A DNA stretch of 64,000 bases from an uncultured Gemmatimonadales bacterium (GTDB lineage: Bacteria; Gemmatimonadota; Gemmatimonadetes; Longimicrobiales; RSA9), in NCBI GenBank assembly GCA_963798085.1, contig CAWCRS010000005.1, positions 64,001-128,000 of the forward strand, in the 5' to 3' direction. Shown piece after piece: positions 1-9,926 of the stretch. The notes beneath the pieces were generated by a model. The model ran no database searches, was not told the origin of the DNA, and saw nothing but the letters and a program-made list of their open reading frames with translations. Made by a program: the position numbers and the translations under genes. The stretch's first letter is position 1; the number at the start of each line of letters is the position of its first letter.

Positions 1-2
1 AG

Positions 3-641
3 CTGTGCCGTGCGCACGATCTGCTGGCGATCACGGACGAGATCTACGAACACATCCGTTATGATGCCGAGCACGTGCCGATGGCCACGCTGCCGGGCAT
101 GCGCGAGCGCACCATCACGATCAGCGGTTTCTCCAAGACGTTCAGCATCACCGGCTGGCGCGTGGGCACGATCGTCGCGCCGCCCGACATCACACAGGCC
201 ATCCGCAAGGTGCATGACTTCCTGACCGTGGGCTCGCCTGCGCCGCTGCAGGAAGCCTGTGCCGTCGCGCTGGAAACCATCGGCCGGGAATACTACGACA
301 ACATGGCGCAGGAGTATCGCGAGCGGCGCGACGTGCTCTATGGCGCACTGTTAGCCGCCGGCTTCCGCTGCGCACCGCCGGGTGGCGCGTACTACATCCT
401 GGCGGACTTCTCTGCGCTGAGCACGCGCGATGACGTGAGTTACTCGAAGTGGCTGGCGCGCGGCGGCGCGGATGGTGGCGACGCGTCACGGGGCGGCGGC
501 GTCGCGCCGGTTCCGGGTTCGAGCTTCTTCCATGACCCGGCCATGGGCCGGCACCTGGTCCGCTTCGCTTTCTGCAAGCGCGTCGAGACCCTGCGCTCCG
601 CCGGCTCCCGCCTCTGCGCCATCGCGCGCGATCCCTTCTGA
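3..641 (+). CDS. PLP-dependent aminotransferase class I/II, 5'-truncated by window edge
   Basis: Frame from nt 3 reads ...AITDEIYEHI...SGFSKTFSITGWRVG (PLP lysine motif)...VRFAFCK. Confidence 0.92.
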   Translation: MCRAHDLLAITDEIYEHIRYDAEHVPMATLPGMRERTITISGFSKTFSITGWRVGTIVAPPDITQAIRKVHDFLTVGSPAPLQEACAVALETIGREYYDNMAQEYRERRDVLYGALLAAGFRCAPPGGAYYILADFSALSTRDDVSYSKWLARGGADGGDASRGGGVAPVPGSSFFHDPAMGRHLVRFAFCKRVETLRSAGSRLCAIARDPF

Positions 642-807
642 GATCCCGCCAGGCGAAACAGCACGTCCATCGCTGCTAAAGCACACCTGCACAGGCGTCG
701 ATCCTAAGACCGACGCCAGCCGGCAATGGAGATGCCGGCGCGGTGTCAGGGGCCGGCCCCCTGGTCACACCGATACCGGCCTCGATCGAAATACTGAGGG
801 AGCACTC

Positions 808-1557
808 ATGAAGCGAGTCCTGTTCGCGACCCTCGCAGTGGTCGCGTTTTGCCCGGCGCTGGCGCAGGCGCAGTTCCAGCCCGATTTCGGAAAGCCCTCG
901 TACGGCCCCCGCTTCCGCATCATGCCCTTCTTCGGCATCGCGGCGCCCACCCGCCGGCACGAGCGCTGGCAGGTGGCGGGTCCGTCCGGCACGGTCACCG
1001 GCAACTTCAATGTGGATCTGGCGGCGGGTCCGCTCGGCGGTGTCTCGTTCGAGTACCGCGCGCTGGACCGTTTCGCCATTGTCGCGTCCGGCAGCTACCT
1101 GTCCCGTGGACGCACCACGGAAGTCACACTCGCGGACGATCGCCAGTATCAGCACGAGGGCAGCAACTTTCTGCTGACCAAGGTGGCGCTGGCGCTGCAC
1201 CTGAACGAGCAGACCTCCGAGCTGCAAATGCACAGCCTCTCGGCCACGATCTTCGTGGGCCCGTCGTTCATTCACGAAATGCCCAAGAACGACGTGCTGG
1301 CGGATGCCGCACTGCTGCAGCCGCTGACCTATTACGGCGCCGACTTCGGTCTGGATACGGAAGTGCCGCTGCCGTGGAGCGGCCTCACCTTCCAGGCGGG
1401 CATCGAGGACTTCCTCGTGATGTGGGACAACGCCGAGCTGGCGCGCCGCAACGATCAGGTGTTCGCGAAAAACGGTCTGCAGACGCAGTCCTACGTCGAG
1501 ACCGATGCATCGCACAACCTGGTATTCCGCGCGGGGCTGGCGATCCGCTTCCACTAA
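808..1557 (+). CDS. Secreted hypothetical protein, probable outer-membrane beta-barrel
   Basis: RBS GAGGGAG; signal peptide MKRVLFATLAVVAFCPALAQA; amphipathic strands; C-terminal beta-signal-like AGLAIRFH. Confidence 0.65.
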   Translation: MKRVLFATLAVVAFCPALAQAQFQPDFGKPSYGPRFRIMPFFGIAAPTRRHERWQVAGPSGTVTGNFNVDLAAGPLGGVSFEYRALDRFAIVASGSYLSRGRTTEVTLADDRQYQHEGSNFLLTKVALALHLNEQTSELQMHSLSATIFVGPSFIHEMPKNDVLADAALLQPLTYYGADFGLDTEVPLPWSGLTFQAGIEDFLVMWDNAELARRNDQVFAKNGLQTQSYVETDASHNLVFRAGLAIRFH

Positions 1558-1582
1558 CACGCTGTCTGCAGTACCGACGGAA

Positions 1583-1611
1583 CGGGCGGCCCTGCCGGAC
1601 GGGGTCGCCCG
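1583..1611. terminator. Hairpin between convergent genes, possible terminator
   Basis: 12-bp stem CGGGCGGCCCTG/CGGGGTCGCCCG (two G-U pairs) 25 nt after the stop at 1557; weak U-tract. Confidence 0.45.
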
Positions 1612-1685
1612 CTTCGCGTTTCCACACCACGCCCCGGGCCGGTGCCGCGGCGGCCCAGCACGGCCGAGCCCGATCGGCCGCTCGC

Positions 1686-2348
1686 CTACAATGGCTCGAT
1701 GCAGGCCGGTGTGTCGTTGGCGGCGTTGTTGACCGCAGCCGAAACCGCGTACGCGGTGAGGTCGTCGCCCGTGTACGGATGCAGCAGGCGACGAAGCTCT
1801 TCCACGTCCGCGGCGGGATCCAGCCAGCGCTCGCGCTCTGCCGGCGTGAGCATCACGGGCATGCGATCGTGCACCGGTGCGACCACGGGGTTGGCATCGG
1901 TGGTCACAATGGCACAGCTGTAGAGCGGCTCGGCTGCCTCGCCCTGCCAGCGTTCCCAGAGGCCGGCGAAGGCGAACAGCCTGTTATCATTCAGGTGGAA
2001 GCGGAAGGGCTGGCTGCGGCCCTCCGCGCGGCGCCACTCGTAGAAACCGTCGGCCACGATGAGGCAGCGGCGCTGCTGGAAGGCCTCGCGGAAGACGCGG
2101 CGCAGCAGCAGGGTTTCGGCGCGCGCGTTGATGGTGTGCTGCACGCGCTTCGGGTCTTCCGCCCACCAGGGCACGAGACCCCAGCGCAGGAACGAGAGCT
2201 TGCGCTCGCCCTTCGCATCCTGGCCTGCCACGGGCACGGACTGGCTGGGCGCAATGTTGTAATGCGGCTGATAGTCGGGCGGCACTTCCACGCCAAACTC
2301 ATCGGCGATCTCACTGGCGTCACTGGTGAGCGTGTAGCGGCCGCACAT
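1686..2348 (-). CDS. SOS response-associated peptidase (SRAP/HMCES/YedK family)
   Basis: MCGRY N-terminus (Cys2), YNIAPSQ, INARAET, DGFYEW, HDRMP motifs. Confidence 0.93.
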   Translation of the reverse strand: MCGRYTLTSDASEIADEFGVEVPPDYQPHYNIAPSQSVPVAGQDAKGERKLSFLRWGLVPWWAEDPKRVQHTINARAETLLLRRVFREAFQQRRCLIVADGFYEWRRAEGRSQPFRFHLNDNRLFAFAGLWERWQGEAAEPLYSCAIVTTDANPVVAPVHDRMPVMLTPAERERWLDPAADVEELRRLLHPYTGDDLTAYAVSAAVNNAANDTPACIEPL

Positions 2349-2424
2349 GTCGTTTCCCCATGGAGCGCGAGGCACGAAGGGCGGCTGCCCCTCGTGCCTC
2401 GCCGTTAGCAGCGGGTGCGGCGAA

Positions 2425-5265
2425 TCAGCGCATCGTCGCGGACGCCGCCGGCCCGTAGTAGATGCCGTTGAAGAGCAGCTTGAACGTGCCGTGCGGCTGA
2501 CCGCGGAACAGGATCTCGGGCGTGTAGAGGTACAGGTGCCCCTTGCCCACGGCGGCCTCGGCGGCAATCACACCCCCATCGAGGTAGGTCTCTCCCAGCG
2601 CCCAGCCGCTGTGCAGCGGGTGCGGATTGTCGAACCACGCCACGGCCTTCACACCACCCAGCTCGGCTCCGGGCGGCAGCTGCAGCAGTGGGCTGCTGTC
2701 GAAGAAGAAGTCCGTGTGCTCCGCCAGTCCGGCCGCTGCCGGCTGGCTCTGATCGACGCGTGCGGTGAGCACTGACCCCGGCACGTAGAACTTCGTGCGT
2801 GGCAGACTGCGCTCCTCGCCGTTGACGACTTCCACCAGATGATCCTTGACGGGCAGGCCGAGGTGTGTTGCCAGCGATGTCGAGCTGCCAATCGTGATGA
2901 CGGTACCGCCCGCATCGAGGAACGCCTTGATCTGCGGTATGGAGCGGTCCGCCGTGATGTTGCCCACCCAGCCGCGGAACTCGGCCGGCAGCGACGTCGT
3001 GTCAGGCCCGCCGAAGCCACCGCCGCCACCGCCGCCACGACCCCCGCGTCCGCCACCGCCGGCGGCCGGAATCATGCCGTCGACGAAGACGAGCACGTCG
3101 TATTTGCTGCGCAGGTTCCCGGCATCGATGGTCTGGGGATAGATCACCTCGAAGGGGAACTCGAACTGCTCGAACTCGAAGCGCGTCCAGCCCGATGGCA
3201 TGGAGCCGCCGTAGCGATCGAGCAGGCCGATGCGGACGGGTTGCAGCTTGAGTGCGCTGCCCGCTTTGGTGCCGGTGGCTTCGAAGACCAGGCCTTTCTG
3301 TTTCGCCAGATCATCGAGCAGCGGGCGTACACCGCCGGCCGCAGGAATGTAGAACGTGCCTGCGGGCCAGGTGTGGCCGTTGGCCGTGAAGGGGGCCTGC
3401 AGCCAGTACACATCCTTCTTCGCCTTCAGCAGCCGGTTCACGGCGACAAACGCGTCGTTCACCTCATGGCTGAGCAGGAATCCCGCGTTGCCGGAACCGG
3501 CTACACGCCCGGGCGGCGGCGCCACATCGGGGCCGGGAATCATCTCGACGGGTGCGTCGAAGCCTTCCACGATGCGATCGAACTGTACGCCCATGGTGAA
3601 GGCCAGCGTATAGCCCGCATTGTCGTAGGGCGGAATGGGCGGACCGCCGGGATACGCGAGATCGTTCGGGTGATCCTGCGGCTCGAACATGTCGATGACG
3701 TGCGCGCGGAACGGCTGCGCCGCCTTCACCACATAGGAGCCGGCGGGATACGTCTTGCCGTTCACCTGGAAATCGCGCGTTGCGCGACCCACCTGTACGC
3801 CACCACGCGTGAGCGCCTGCACGAATTTCGTGGCCGTCAGGAAATCCGGCTGGCTGGACGGAAGGATGTAGCCGCGTGCATCGCGCAGCGAAGGATCGCG
3901 CATCATGCGTTCGAAGTCGGCGCGCGTGCCGCCGCCGCCTCGCCCGCCGCGGCCCCCACCGCCACCACCACCCACCTCATCAGCATCGGCGGCGGCGCCA
4001 CCGCCCCGCCTGCCCGGACCGGCGAGCTTCTCGGTCGCGGCCGCAATGCGGCTCGGCGTATCCGTCCAGTGGTCCCTGTTGCCGTTGTCGATGGCGCGCT
4101 TCGCCATCAGGTACATGTTGTAGAGGAACTCTTCCCTGCGCCGTGAAACGATGTCGAGCACGGCGCGATCCGCGGTGATCGAGTAGTCGACGGACTGCCG
4201 GAAGTGCCACGGTTGGGGTTCGATCGGGAGCGGCAGATCGCTCTTGGAAAGCAGACGGTCGGGAATGAACGGAATCTGCTCGGGCGTGGGATTACCGATG
4301 GTCTCGGTGAGCAGGCCGATCATGTTGTGGAAGTAGGCCATGGTGCGCAGGCCGCCGTTCCACCAGGTCGAGTAGTTGGAGCCGGACCGCATGGTAACAC
4401 CGGGTTTGTGCTCGGTGACGAAGCGGTCGTGCATGGAGCCGCCCACGATCTCGAGACCCGTCTGGATGGCGGAATCGAAGTAGTAGTTGGGCGGATCGCG
4501 GAAGGGCGGCGAGAACATGACCGCGCCCGCCGGTCCCGTCTGGTGGTGATTGTAGACGACGACCGGGTACCACGTGCGGTACATCACCTGATTGTCGTTC
4601 TGCGTTTCCGGCAGATTCGCCATGTAGAAGTCGCGGTTGTCGTCGTGGCCCGCGTACTTCTCGTACAGCCGCGGAATTCCGTTGGTCGAGCGGCGCTGCG
4701 CATCCTGATTGCGCATGTACCAGTTGGAGACCAGCTCCATGCCATCGGGATTCACCTGCACGCAGAGGATGACGAGGTCATTGAGGAAGCGCAGGGTCTC
4801 CGGGTCGTCCATGCTGACCAGCTGATAGACGATCTCCATCAGCTGCTGCGCGCCCAGCACCTCGGTTGCGTGCAGGCCGCCATCGATCCAGACCACGGCC
4901 TTGGTGTCGTGCGCGAGCTGCCGGGCCTGGTCCTCGGTGAGGCCGTCGGCCATGGCAAGGCGTCGCTCGTTCGCCTTGAGGCGATCGAGATTGCGGATGT
5001 TCTCGGGCGACGAAATGATGGCCATGAGTTGCGGCCGGCCCTCGGCAGAGTGGCCGATCGTGTCGAGGACCATCCGATCGGATTCCTTGGCCAGCTTCTG
5101 CCAGTACGCGGTCAGATCCGTGTAGTTGGGCAGGACGTAGTCGGCCCCGATCTCGTGGCCGAACTGCTGCTGCGGCGAAGTGACGCGCGTCTGCGCGCTC
5201 GCGGCAGCCGTCGCGAGCAACGTCGTACACGTTGCGAGCAGGACTGCTCGAGCTCGTCCTCGCAT
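2425..5265 (-). CDS. Secreted M14 zinc carboxypeptidase-family protein
   Basis: Signal peptide; GLHATE (HxxE), NPDG, DDNRD, NHHQ motifs; C-terminal GATase-like region; Gly/Arg-rich inserts. Confidence 0.88.
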   Translation of the reverse strand: MRGRARAVLLATCTTLLATAAASAQTRVTSPQQQFGHEIGADYVLPNYTDLTAYWQKLAKESDRMVLDTIGHSAEGRPQLMAIISSPENIRNLDRLKANERRLAMADGLTEDQARQLAHDTKAVVWIDGGLHATEVLGAQQLMEIVYQLVSMDDPETLRFLNDLVILCVQVNPDGMELVSNWYMRNQDAQRRSTNGIPRLYEKYAGHDDNRDFYMANLPETQNDNQVMYRTWYPVVVYNHHQTGPAGAVMFSPPFRDPPNYYFDSAIQTGLEIVGGSMHDRFVTEHKPGVTMRSGSNYSTWWNGGLRTMAYFHNMIGLLTETIGNPTPEQIPFIPDRLLSKSDLPLPIEPQPWHFRQSVDYSITADRAVLDIVSRRREEFLYNMYLMAKRAIDNGNRDHWTDTPSRIAAATEKLAGPGRRGGGAAADADEVGGGGGGGRGGRGGGGTRADFERMMRDPSLRDARGYILPSSQPDFLTATKFVQALTRGGVQVGRATRDFQVNGKTYPAGSYVVKAAQPFRAHVIDMFEPQDHPNDLAYPGGPPIPPYDNAGYTLAFTMGVQFDRIVEGFDAPVEMIPGPDVAPPPGRVAGSGNAGFLLSHEVNDAFVAVNRLLKAKKDVYWLQAPFTANGHTWPAGTFYIPAAGGVRPLLDDLAKQKGLVFEATGTKAGSALKLQPVRIGLLDRYGGSMPSGWTRFEFEQFEFPFEVIYPQTIDAGNLRSKYDVLVFVDGMIPAAGGGGRGGRGGGGGGGFGGPDTTSLPAEFRGWVGNITADRSIPQIKAFLDAGGTVITIGSSTSLATHLGLPVKDHLVEVVNGEERSLPRTKFYVPGSVLTARVDQSQPAAAGLAEHTDFFFDSSPLLQLPPGAELGGVKAVAWFDNPHPLHSGWALGETYLDGGVIAAEAAVGKGHLYLYTPEILFRGQPHGTFKLLFNGIYYGPAASATMR

Positions 5266-5473
5266 GAGACACCTCGGGGCTGACAGTTACGGGGGAATAG
5301 CGCACGGGCCCGGCCGACGAGCCCGCGTCAGAATAGCATCCACACCCGCGAGCGGCCAGCGCGTGCGCAGCGCAGTGTCGGCGCTGTCACATGCTGCGCC
5401 GCGGTTTGCGAGCACCGCCCGCGGCCTCTACGTTGCGCGCGCCGAACGCGTACGAACCTGGCGTGGAGGGGTT

Positions 5474-5866
5474 GTGGCTGATTTCGTCTTCCGGGCCCAC
5501 TCGGGCTGGCGTTACTGCGTGCTGCTGGCGGGCGCGCTGACCGTGCTGCTCGCGCTGCTTGCGCTGGCAGGCGGCTCACAGGGCCGGCTCGGCCGTGCGG
5601 CGCTGATCCTGTATCGCGTTTTCGTGGGCACACTCGACCTGCAGGTACTGCTCGGCATTCTCACGGTGGCACTGCGTCCGTTCCAGCCCGCGTTCATCGG
5701 ACACATCGTGATGGTGGTGCTGGGTGCGGTGGCCGCACACTACTTCGCGGTGCTCATCAAGAAGCGGGCGCCCGAACGCCGCGTGATCCTGGCCTTGTCT
5801 GGCGTGGTGATCGCGCTGGTGCTGATCGTGGGCGGGATCCGTGCGATCGGCCGGCGTATCGTCTGA
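5474..5866 (+). CDS. Small four-TM membrane protein (possible cytochrome-b-like)
   Basis: GGAGGG RBS before GTG; four hydrophobic segments; His in HSGWRY and GHIVM. Confidence 0.6.
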   Translation: MADFVFRAHSGWRYCVLLAGALTVLLALLALAGGSQGRLGRAALILYRVFVGTLDLQVLLGILTVALRPFQPAFIGHIVMVVLGAVAAHYFAVLIKKRAPERRVILALSGVVIALVLIVGGIRAIGRRIV

Positions 5867-5875
5867 TGCGCAGGG

Positions 5876-6847
5876 TCAGCCGATGGCCGCCGCCTGCTGC
5901 GAGCGCTGGAAGACGCGCAGCGAATCGAGGCCTGCAGCCTTGGCTTCGTAGAGCGCGGCATCAGCGGCTGCCAGCAGATCATCGGGCGCGCGCATACCGG
6001 GCCGGAAGCTGGCCAGGCCACAGGAAAGTGTGACGGCGCCAGTCGGCGGCTGCGATTCGCGGAGTCGGTTCTTGACGCGCTCGACGAAGACCAGCGCGCC
6101 CGCGATTTCCGACGATGACAGCACCGCCAGGAATTCCTCGCCGCCCCAGCGCCCGGAGATGTTCATGGCGCGCGTCTGTGTCGCCAGCGCCTGACCCACC
6201 GCGCGCAGCGCCTTGTCACCCGCCCCGTGACCGTGCCGGTCGTTGTACGCCTTGAAGCGATCGATATCGAAGAAAACCACCACCAGCGGCCTGCCTCGCC
6301 GGGCGGCCGCGAACTCGCGCTCCAGTATGAGCCGCACGTAGCGGCGGTTGGGCAGACTGGTCAGCTCGTCGGTCAGCGCCAGCTCTTCGGCGTGCATGCG
6401 TTCCGAGTGCAGCCGGTCGGAGAGTATGCCAATGCCGAGCGAGATGAGCACATACGAAATAATGACGGCGACGAGCAGCGACACATTCGGCACGCGGTAG
6501 CCGGACATGGCCAGTCCGAGCTGCACGGACACCATCAGCACCATGCCCGCGGCCAGGGTCATCGTGACGCCTCGCCAGCCGCGGAAATAAGCCAGCAGGA
6601 ATGCGGGCACGAGCAGCAGCAGCCACACGAGCAGCTCGTACTCCTCGGTGGCCTCGGGCATGACGACGCTGGCAATGACAGGGACGAGCAGAGCAACGGC
6701 GCTCAGGACGAACGCACGGCGAGGCATCGTGGGACGACCGAGATACCAGACCGGCCTGCGGCCGGCCGGCTCCGCGTGGAGCGGGCCAGCAGCGGGCAGC
6801 GGGTCCGCCGAAATAGACTCCATCACTGAATTTCCGGTATCAAGCAT
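5876..6847 (-). CDS. Membrane-bound diguanylate cyclase (GGDEF)
   Basis: About four TM helices, then TDELTSLPNRR, DIDRFKAYND, GRWGGEEF; start uncertain (6847 or 6823). Confidence 0.88.
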   Translation of the reverse strand: MLDTGNSVMESISADPLPAAGPLHAEPAGRRPVWYLGRPTMPRRAFVLSAVALLVPVIASVVMPEATEEYELLVWLLLLVPAFLLAYFRGWRGVTMTLAAGMVLMVSVQLGLAMSGYRVPNVSLLVAVIISYVLISLGIGILSDRLHSERMHAEELALTDELTSLPNRRYVRLILEREFAAARRGRPLVVVFFDIDRFKAYNDRHGHGAGDKALRAVGQALATQTRAMNISGRWGGEEFLAVLSSSEIAGALVFVERVKNRLRESQPPTGAVTLSCGLASFRPGMRAPDDLLAAADAALYEAKAAGLDSLRVFQRSQQAAAIG

Positions 6848-7056
6848 ATCCGCGGCGCCGGGAGCACTCGACAGGACGCGCAAGTCGTCTGCGTGGCCGT
6901 TGCGCCTCGCTGGCGGCGTGTCTCTCGTCCCGGCGGCTACAGTCGCCTCTGGAAGGAAGTATCGCCCGGATCGAAGCCCCGGTTGAACGCGGGCGGCTGC
7001 CGTTCCGGCGGACTGCCCGCGACCGTACATTGCCGGGCCATGGGGGAAGGGCGCGA

Positions 7057-8253
7057 ATGAACGGCACGATCGTCTGCCTGGCGAGCTACGAGAAGGGCGC
7101 GGACCTGCTCCTCGCCTGCGCCGATCTGGGCATGCCGCCCGTACTGGTCACGGTCGAGAAGCTGAAGGATGCGGAGTGGCCGAGAGACCGTCTCGGCGGG
7201 TTCTACTGGCTGGCCGACTTTCACACCCGCGATCACGTGATCCATGCCGTGAGCTGGCTGGCGCGCAGCCAGCGCATTGCACGCATCGTCGCGCTCGACG
7301 AGTTCGACCTCGAGCTGGCCGCCGCGCTGCGCGAGCATCTGCGCGTGCCCGGCATGGGCGACACCGCGGTGCGCTATTTCCGCGACAAACTGGCCATGCG
7401 CCAGCGCGCCGCGGCCGCCGGCATGCGCGTGCCCCGCTTCACGGCGGTATTCAACGACGAGGATGTGCGAGCATTCGCCGGGCGAGTGGCGCCCCCGTGG
7501 CTGCTGAAGCCGCGGACCGAGGCAGCGGCCATCGGCATCCGCCGCATCACGGACGAGACCGCGCTGTGGGCGGAGCTGGAGCAGCTGGGCGACCGCCGCT
7601 CCTGGTTCCTGCTCGAGGAATACGTGGGCGGCGCGGTCTACCACGTCGATTCCATCGTGGCGCGCCGCAGCGTGACGTTCGCCATGGCCAGCCGCTACTC
7701 GACGCCGCCCTTCGATGTGGCCCACGGCGGCGGCATCTTCGCCAGCACCACGGTGACGCACGGCTCGGCGGACGAGAAGGCACTGCTCGAGCACAACACG
7801 AAGCTGGTCTCTGCCTTCGGCATCGTGGGCGGAGCGCTGCACACGGAATTCATCCGCAGCGATGCGGATGGCGGCTTTCTTTTTCTGGAAACAGCGGCGC
7901 GCGTGGGCGGAGCGCACATTGTCGAGATGGTCGAGGCGGCGACGGGCGTGAACCTGTGGCGCGAATGGGCGGCCGTGGAGGTAGCCAGCGCGCGCGGCCA
8001 GCCCTACACGCCGCCGCTCCCGCACACGGACCACGCGGGCCTGGTCCTCTCGCTGGCGCGCCAGGAGTGGCCGGACACATCCGCGTACGATGATCCGGAA
8101 ATCGTGTGGCGGATTCGACGCCGGCATCACGCCGGCCTGATCGTGTCGTCGCCGGACCCGGAGCGCGTAGGCGTGCTGCTCGAGGCCTACCGCGCGCGTT
8201 TCGCCGAGGATTTCCTGGCCACCATGCCTGCGCCCGACAAGCCCACCGCGTGA
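7057..8253 (+). CDS. ATP-grasp domain ligase
   Basis: FRDKLAMR, LLKPR, LLEEYVGG, HTEF, FLETAARVGG motifs. Confidence 0.88.
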   Translation: MNGTIVCLASYEKGADLLLACADLGMPPVLVTVEKLKDAEWPRDRLGGFYWLADFHTRDHVIHAVSWLARSQRIARIVALDEFDLELAAALREHLRVPGMGDTAVRYFRDKLAMRQRAAAAGMRVPRFTAVFNDEDVRAFAGRVAPPWLLKPRTEAAAIGIRRITDETALWAELEQLGDRRSWFLLEEYVGGAVYHVDSIVARRSVTFAMASRYSTPPFDVAHGGGIFASTTVTHGSADEKALLEHNTKLVSAFGIVGGALHTEFIRSDADGGFLFLETAARVGGAHIVEMVEAATGVNLWREWAAVEVASARGQPYTPPLPHTDHAGLVLSLARQEWPDTSAYDDPEIVWRIRRRHHAGLIVSSPDPERVGVLLEAYRARFAEDFLATMPAPDKPTA

Positions 8254-9098
8254 ATCCGCGTACCAGCCACGCACTCACCGCACGCGCGTGGGTTCCCTAC
8301 GCCACGGCGGAGGACGGCCCGCTTGCCCATCTCGCGGACCGCGTGTACGTGTTGCGTGATCTGGCCAGCCCACAGCTGGGCAATCGGCGCGATATCGTGG
8401 TGCTGCTGCCGGCCGGCCATGACGCCGGCGGGCGGACGTACCCGGTCGTGTACATGCAGGATGGGCAGAACCTCTTCGACCCGGCCACCAGTTTCGCGAG
8501 CCCATGGCGAGCGGGCGAAGCGCTGGATGCGCTGCACGAGGAGGGGCTGGACGCGATCATCGTGGGCGTGCCCAACACGGGCGCGCAGCGTCTCGACGAA
8601 TACAGTCCATTCCGCGATGCGCGCGTGGGCGGCGGCCGCGGCGAGGCGTACGTGCGCTTCCTCAGCGACACGGTGAAGCCGGCGGTCGACGCAGCGTTCC
8701 CGACGCGCCGCGGACGTGAGGACACGTTCGTCGCCGGCTCTTCGATGGGCGGACTCATCAGCCTGTACGCAATCTGCGCGCACGGCGAGGTGTTCGGCGG
8801 CGCGGGAGCGCTCAGTCCGGCGCTCTGGTTCGCGCGCCGCGCGTTCTATCCGTGGCTGCGCAAACAGTCTGTCAGGGGCCGCGTGTCACTGCGCGCCGGT
8901 ACGGGCGAAGGACCCCTGCTGCTGGCGGATGTGGCGAGGCTGCGGGACATGCTGCTGGAGCGCGGGCTGCGGCTGGGCCGCGATCTCGATTGCCGCTTCG
9001 ACAGCGGCGGGCGGCATGACGAATCCTCGTGGAGCCGCCAGCTGCCCGGCGTGCTGCGCTTTCTGCTCAACGCGAACGGCGCGCCGCCTTCCGGCTGA
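8250..9098 (+). CDS. Alpha/beta-hydrolase esterase (enterochelin-esterase-like)
   Basis: GTGA overlap with upstream stop; YPVVYMQDGQNLF, GSSMGG nucleophile elbow, HDESSW. Confidence 0.85.
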   Translation: MNPRTSHALTARAWVPYATAEDGPLAHLADRVYVLRDLASPQLGNRRDIVVLLPAGHDAGGRTYPVVYMQDGQNLFDPATSFASPWRAGEALDALHEEGLDAIIVGVPNTGAQRLDEYSPFRDARVGGGRGEAYVRFLSDTVKPAVDAAFPTRRGREDTFVAGSSMGGLISLYAICAHGEVFGGAGALSPALWFARRAFYPWLRKQSVRGRVSLRAGTGEGPLLLADVARLRDMLLERGLRLGRDLDCRFDSGGRHDESSWSRQLPGVLRFLLNANGAPPSG

Positions 9099-9861
9099 CA
9101 CTGCGCCGGTTGTCGGCGGCACAGGCATCGGCAAACGCTTCGAACAGCGCAGTCGACGACGCGCCACTCAACGCCTCCGGGTGCCATTGTACCGCCAGCG
9201 CGAAGCCATCCGCGCGTGACTCGACCGCTTCAATGAGGCCATCGGGCGCGTGCGCCGTTGCGTCCAGCCCGGCTGCCAGCGTGTGCACGCCCTGGTGGTG
9301 CATGCTGTTCACGCGAACCGCGCCGTCACCGAGCGCGCCGGCCAGACGCGAGCCGGACGCCACGTCGACGTCGTGCGCCAGGTAGTCGCGGGTAAAGCCC
9401 TGCATCGGGAAGTAGTCGTGCTTGATGGAGCCGGGATACTGCGCAGTCGTGTCCTGCCAGAGCGTGCCGCCCAGCGCCACATTGAGCACGTGCAGCCCGC
9501 GGCACACGCCCAGCAGCGGCTTGCCCTCGGCCGCGGCCCAGCGCGCCAGTCGCAGCTCCACACGATCCCTCGCCGCATCAATGTTGCCGCACAGCGTGCC
9601 CTTTTCCTGACCGTACTCCGCGGGATTCACGTCCACGCCCCCGGCGAGGAAAACACCATCCAGGCGATCGAAGATGGCGCGTATGATCAGCTCATCTTCC
9701 GCCAGCAGCGGCACCATCACCGGCACCAGTCCGGATGCGGCCAGCGTCGCGAAGTAGCGGTGACTCATCACCCAGGAATGCGGGATGCCTTCCGGAATCC
9801 CGTCCATGGCCTGCAGCGTCTGGCCGGGAACTCCCACGAGCAATCGCGTACTCTTTGCCAT
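9067..9861 (-). CDS. Peptidase C26 / gamma-glutamyl-gamma-aminobutyrate hydrolase family (class I GATase)
   Basis: GGVDVNP, GVCRG (Cys), VNSMHHQ, VQWHPE. Confidence 0.9.
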   Translation of the reverse strand: MAKSTRLLVGVPGQTLQAMDGIPEGIPHSWVMSHRYFATLAASGLVPVMVPLLAEDELIIRAIFDRLDGVFLAGGVDVNPAEYGQEKGTLCGNIDAARDRVELRLARWAAAEGKPLLGVCRGLHVLNVALGGTLWQDTTAQYPGSIKHDYFPMQGFTRDYLAHDVDVASGSRLAGALGDGAVRVNSMHHQGVHTLAAGLDATAHAPDGLIEAVESRADGFALAVQWHPEALSGASSTALFEAFADACAADNRRSVSRKAARRSR

Positions 9862-9926
9862 GAATTCTTACTCTGTTGCGTACGCGGCCCGGGCGCGCTC
9901 TTCCTGCGCGAGTCGTGGTCCGCGCT

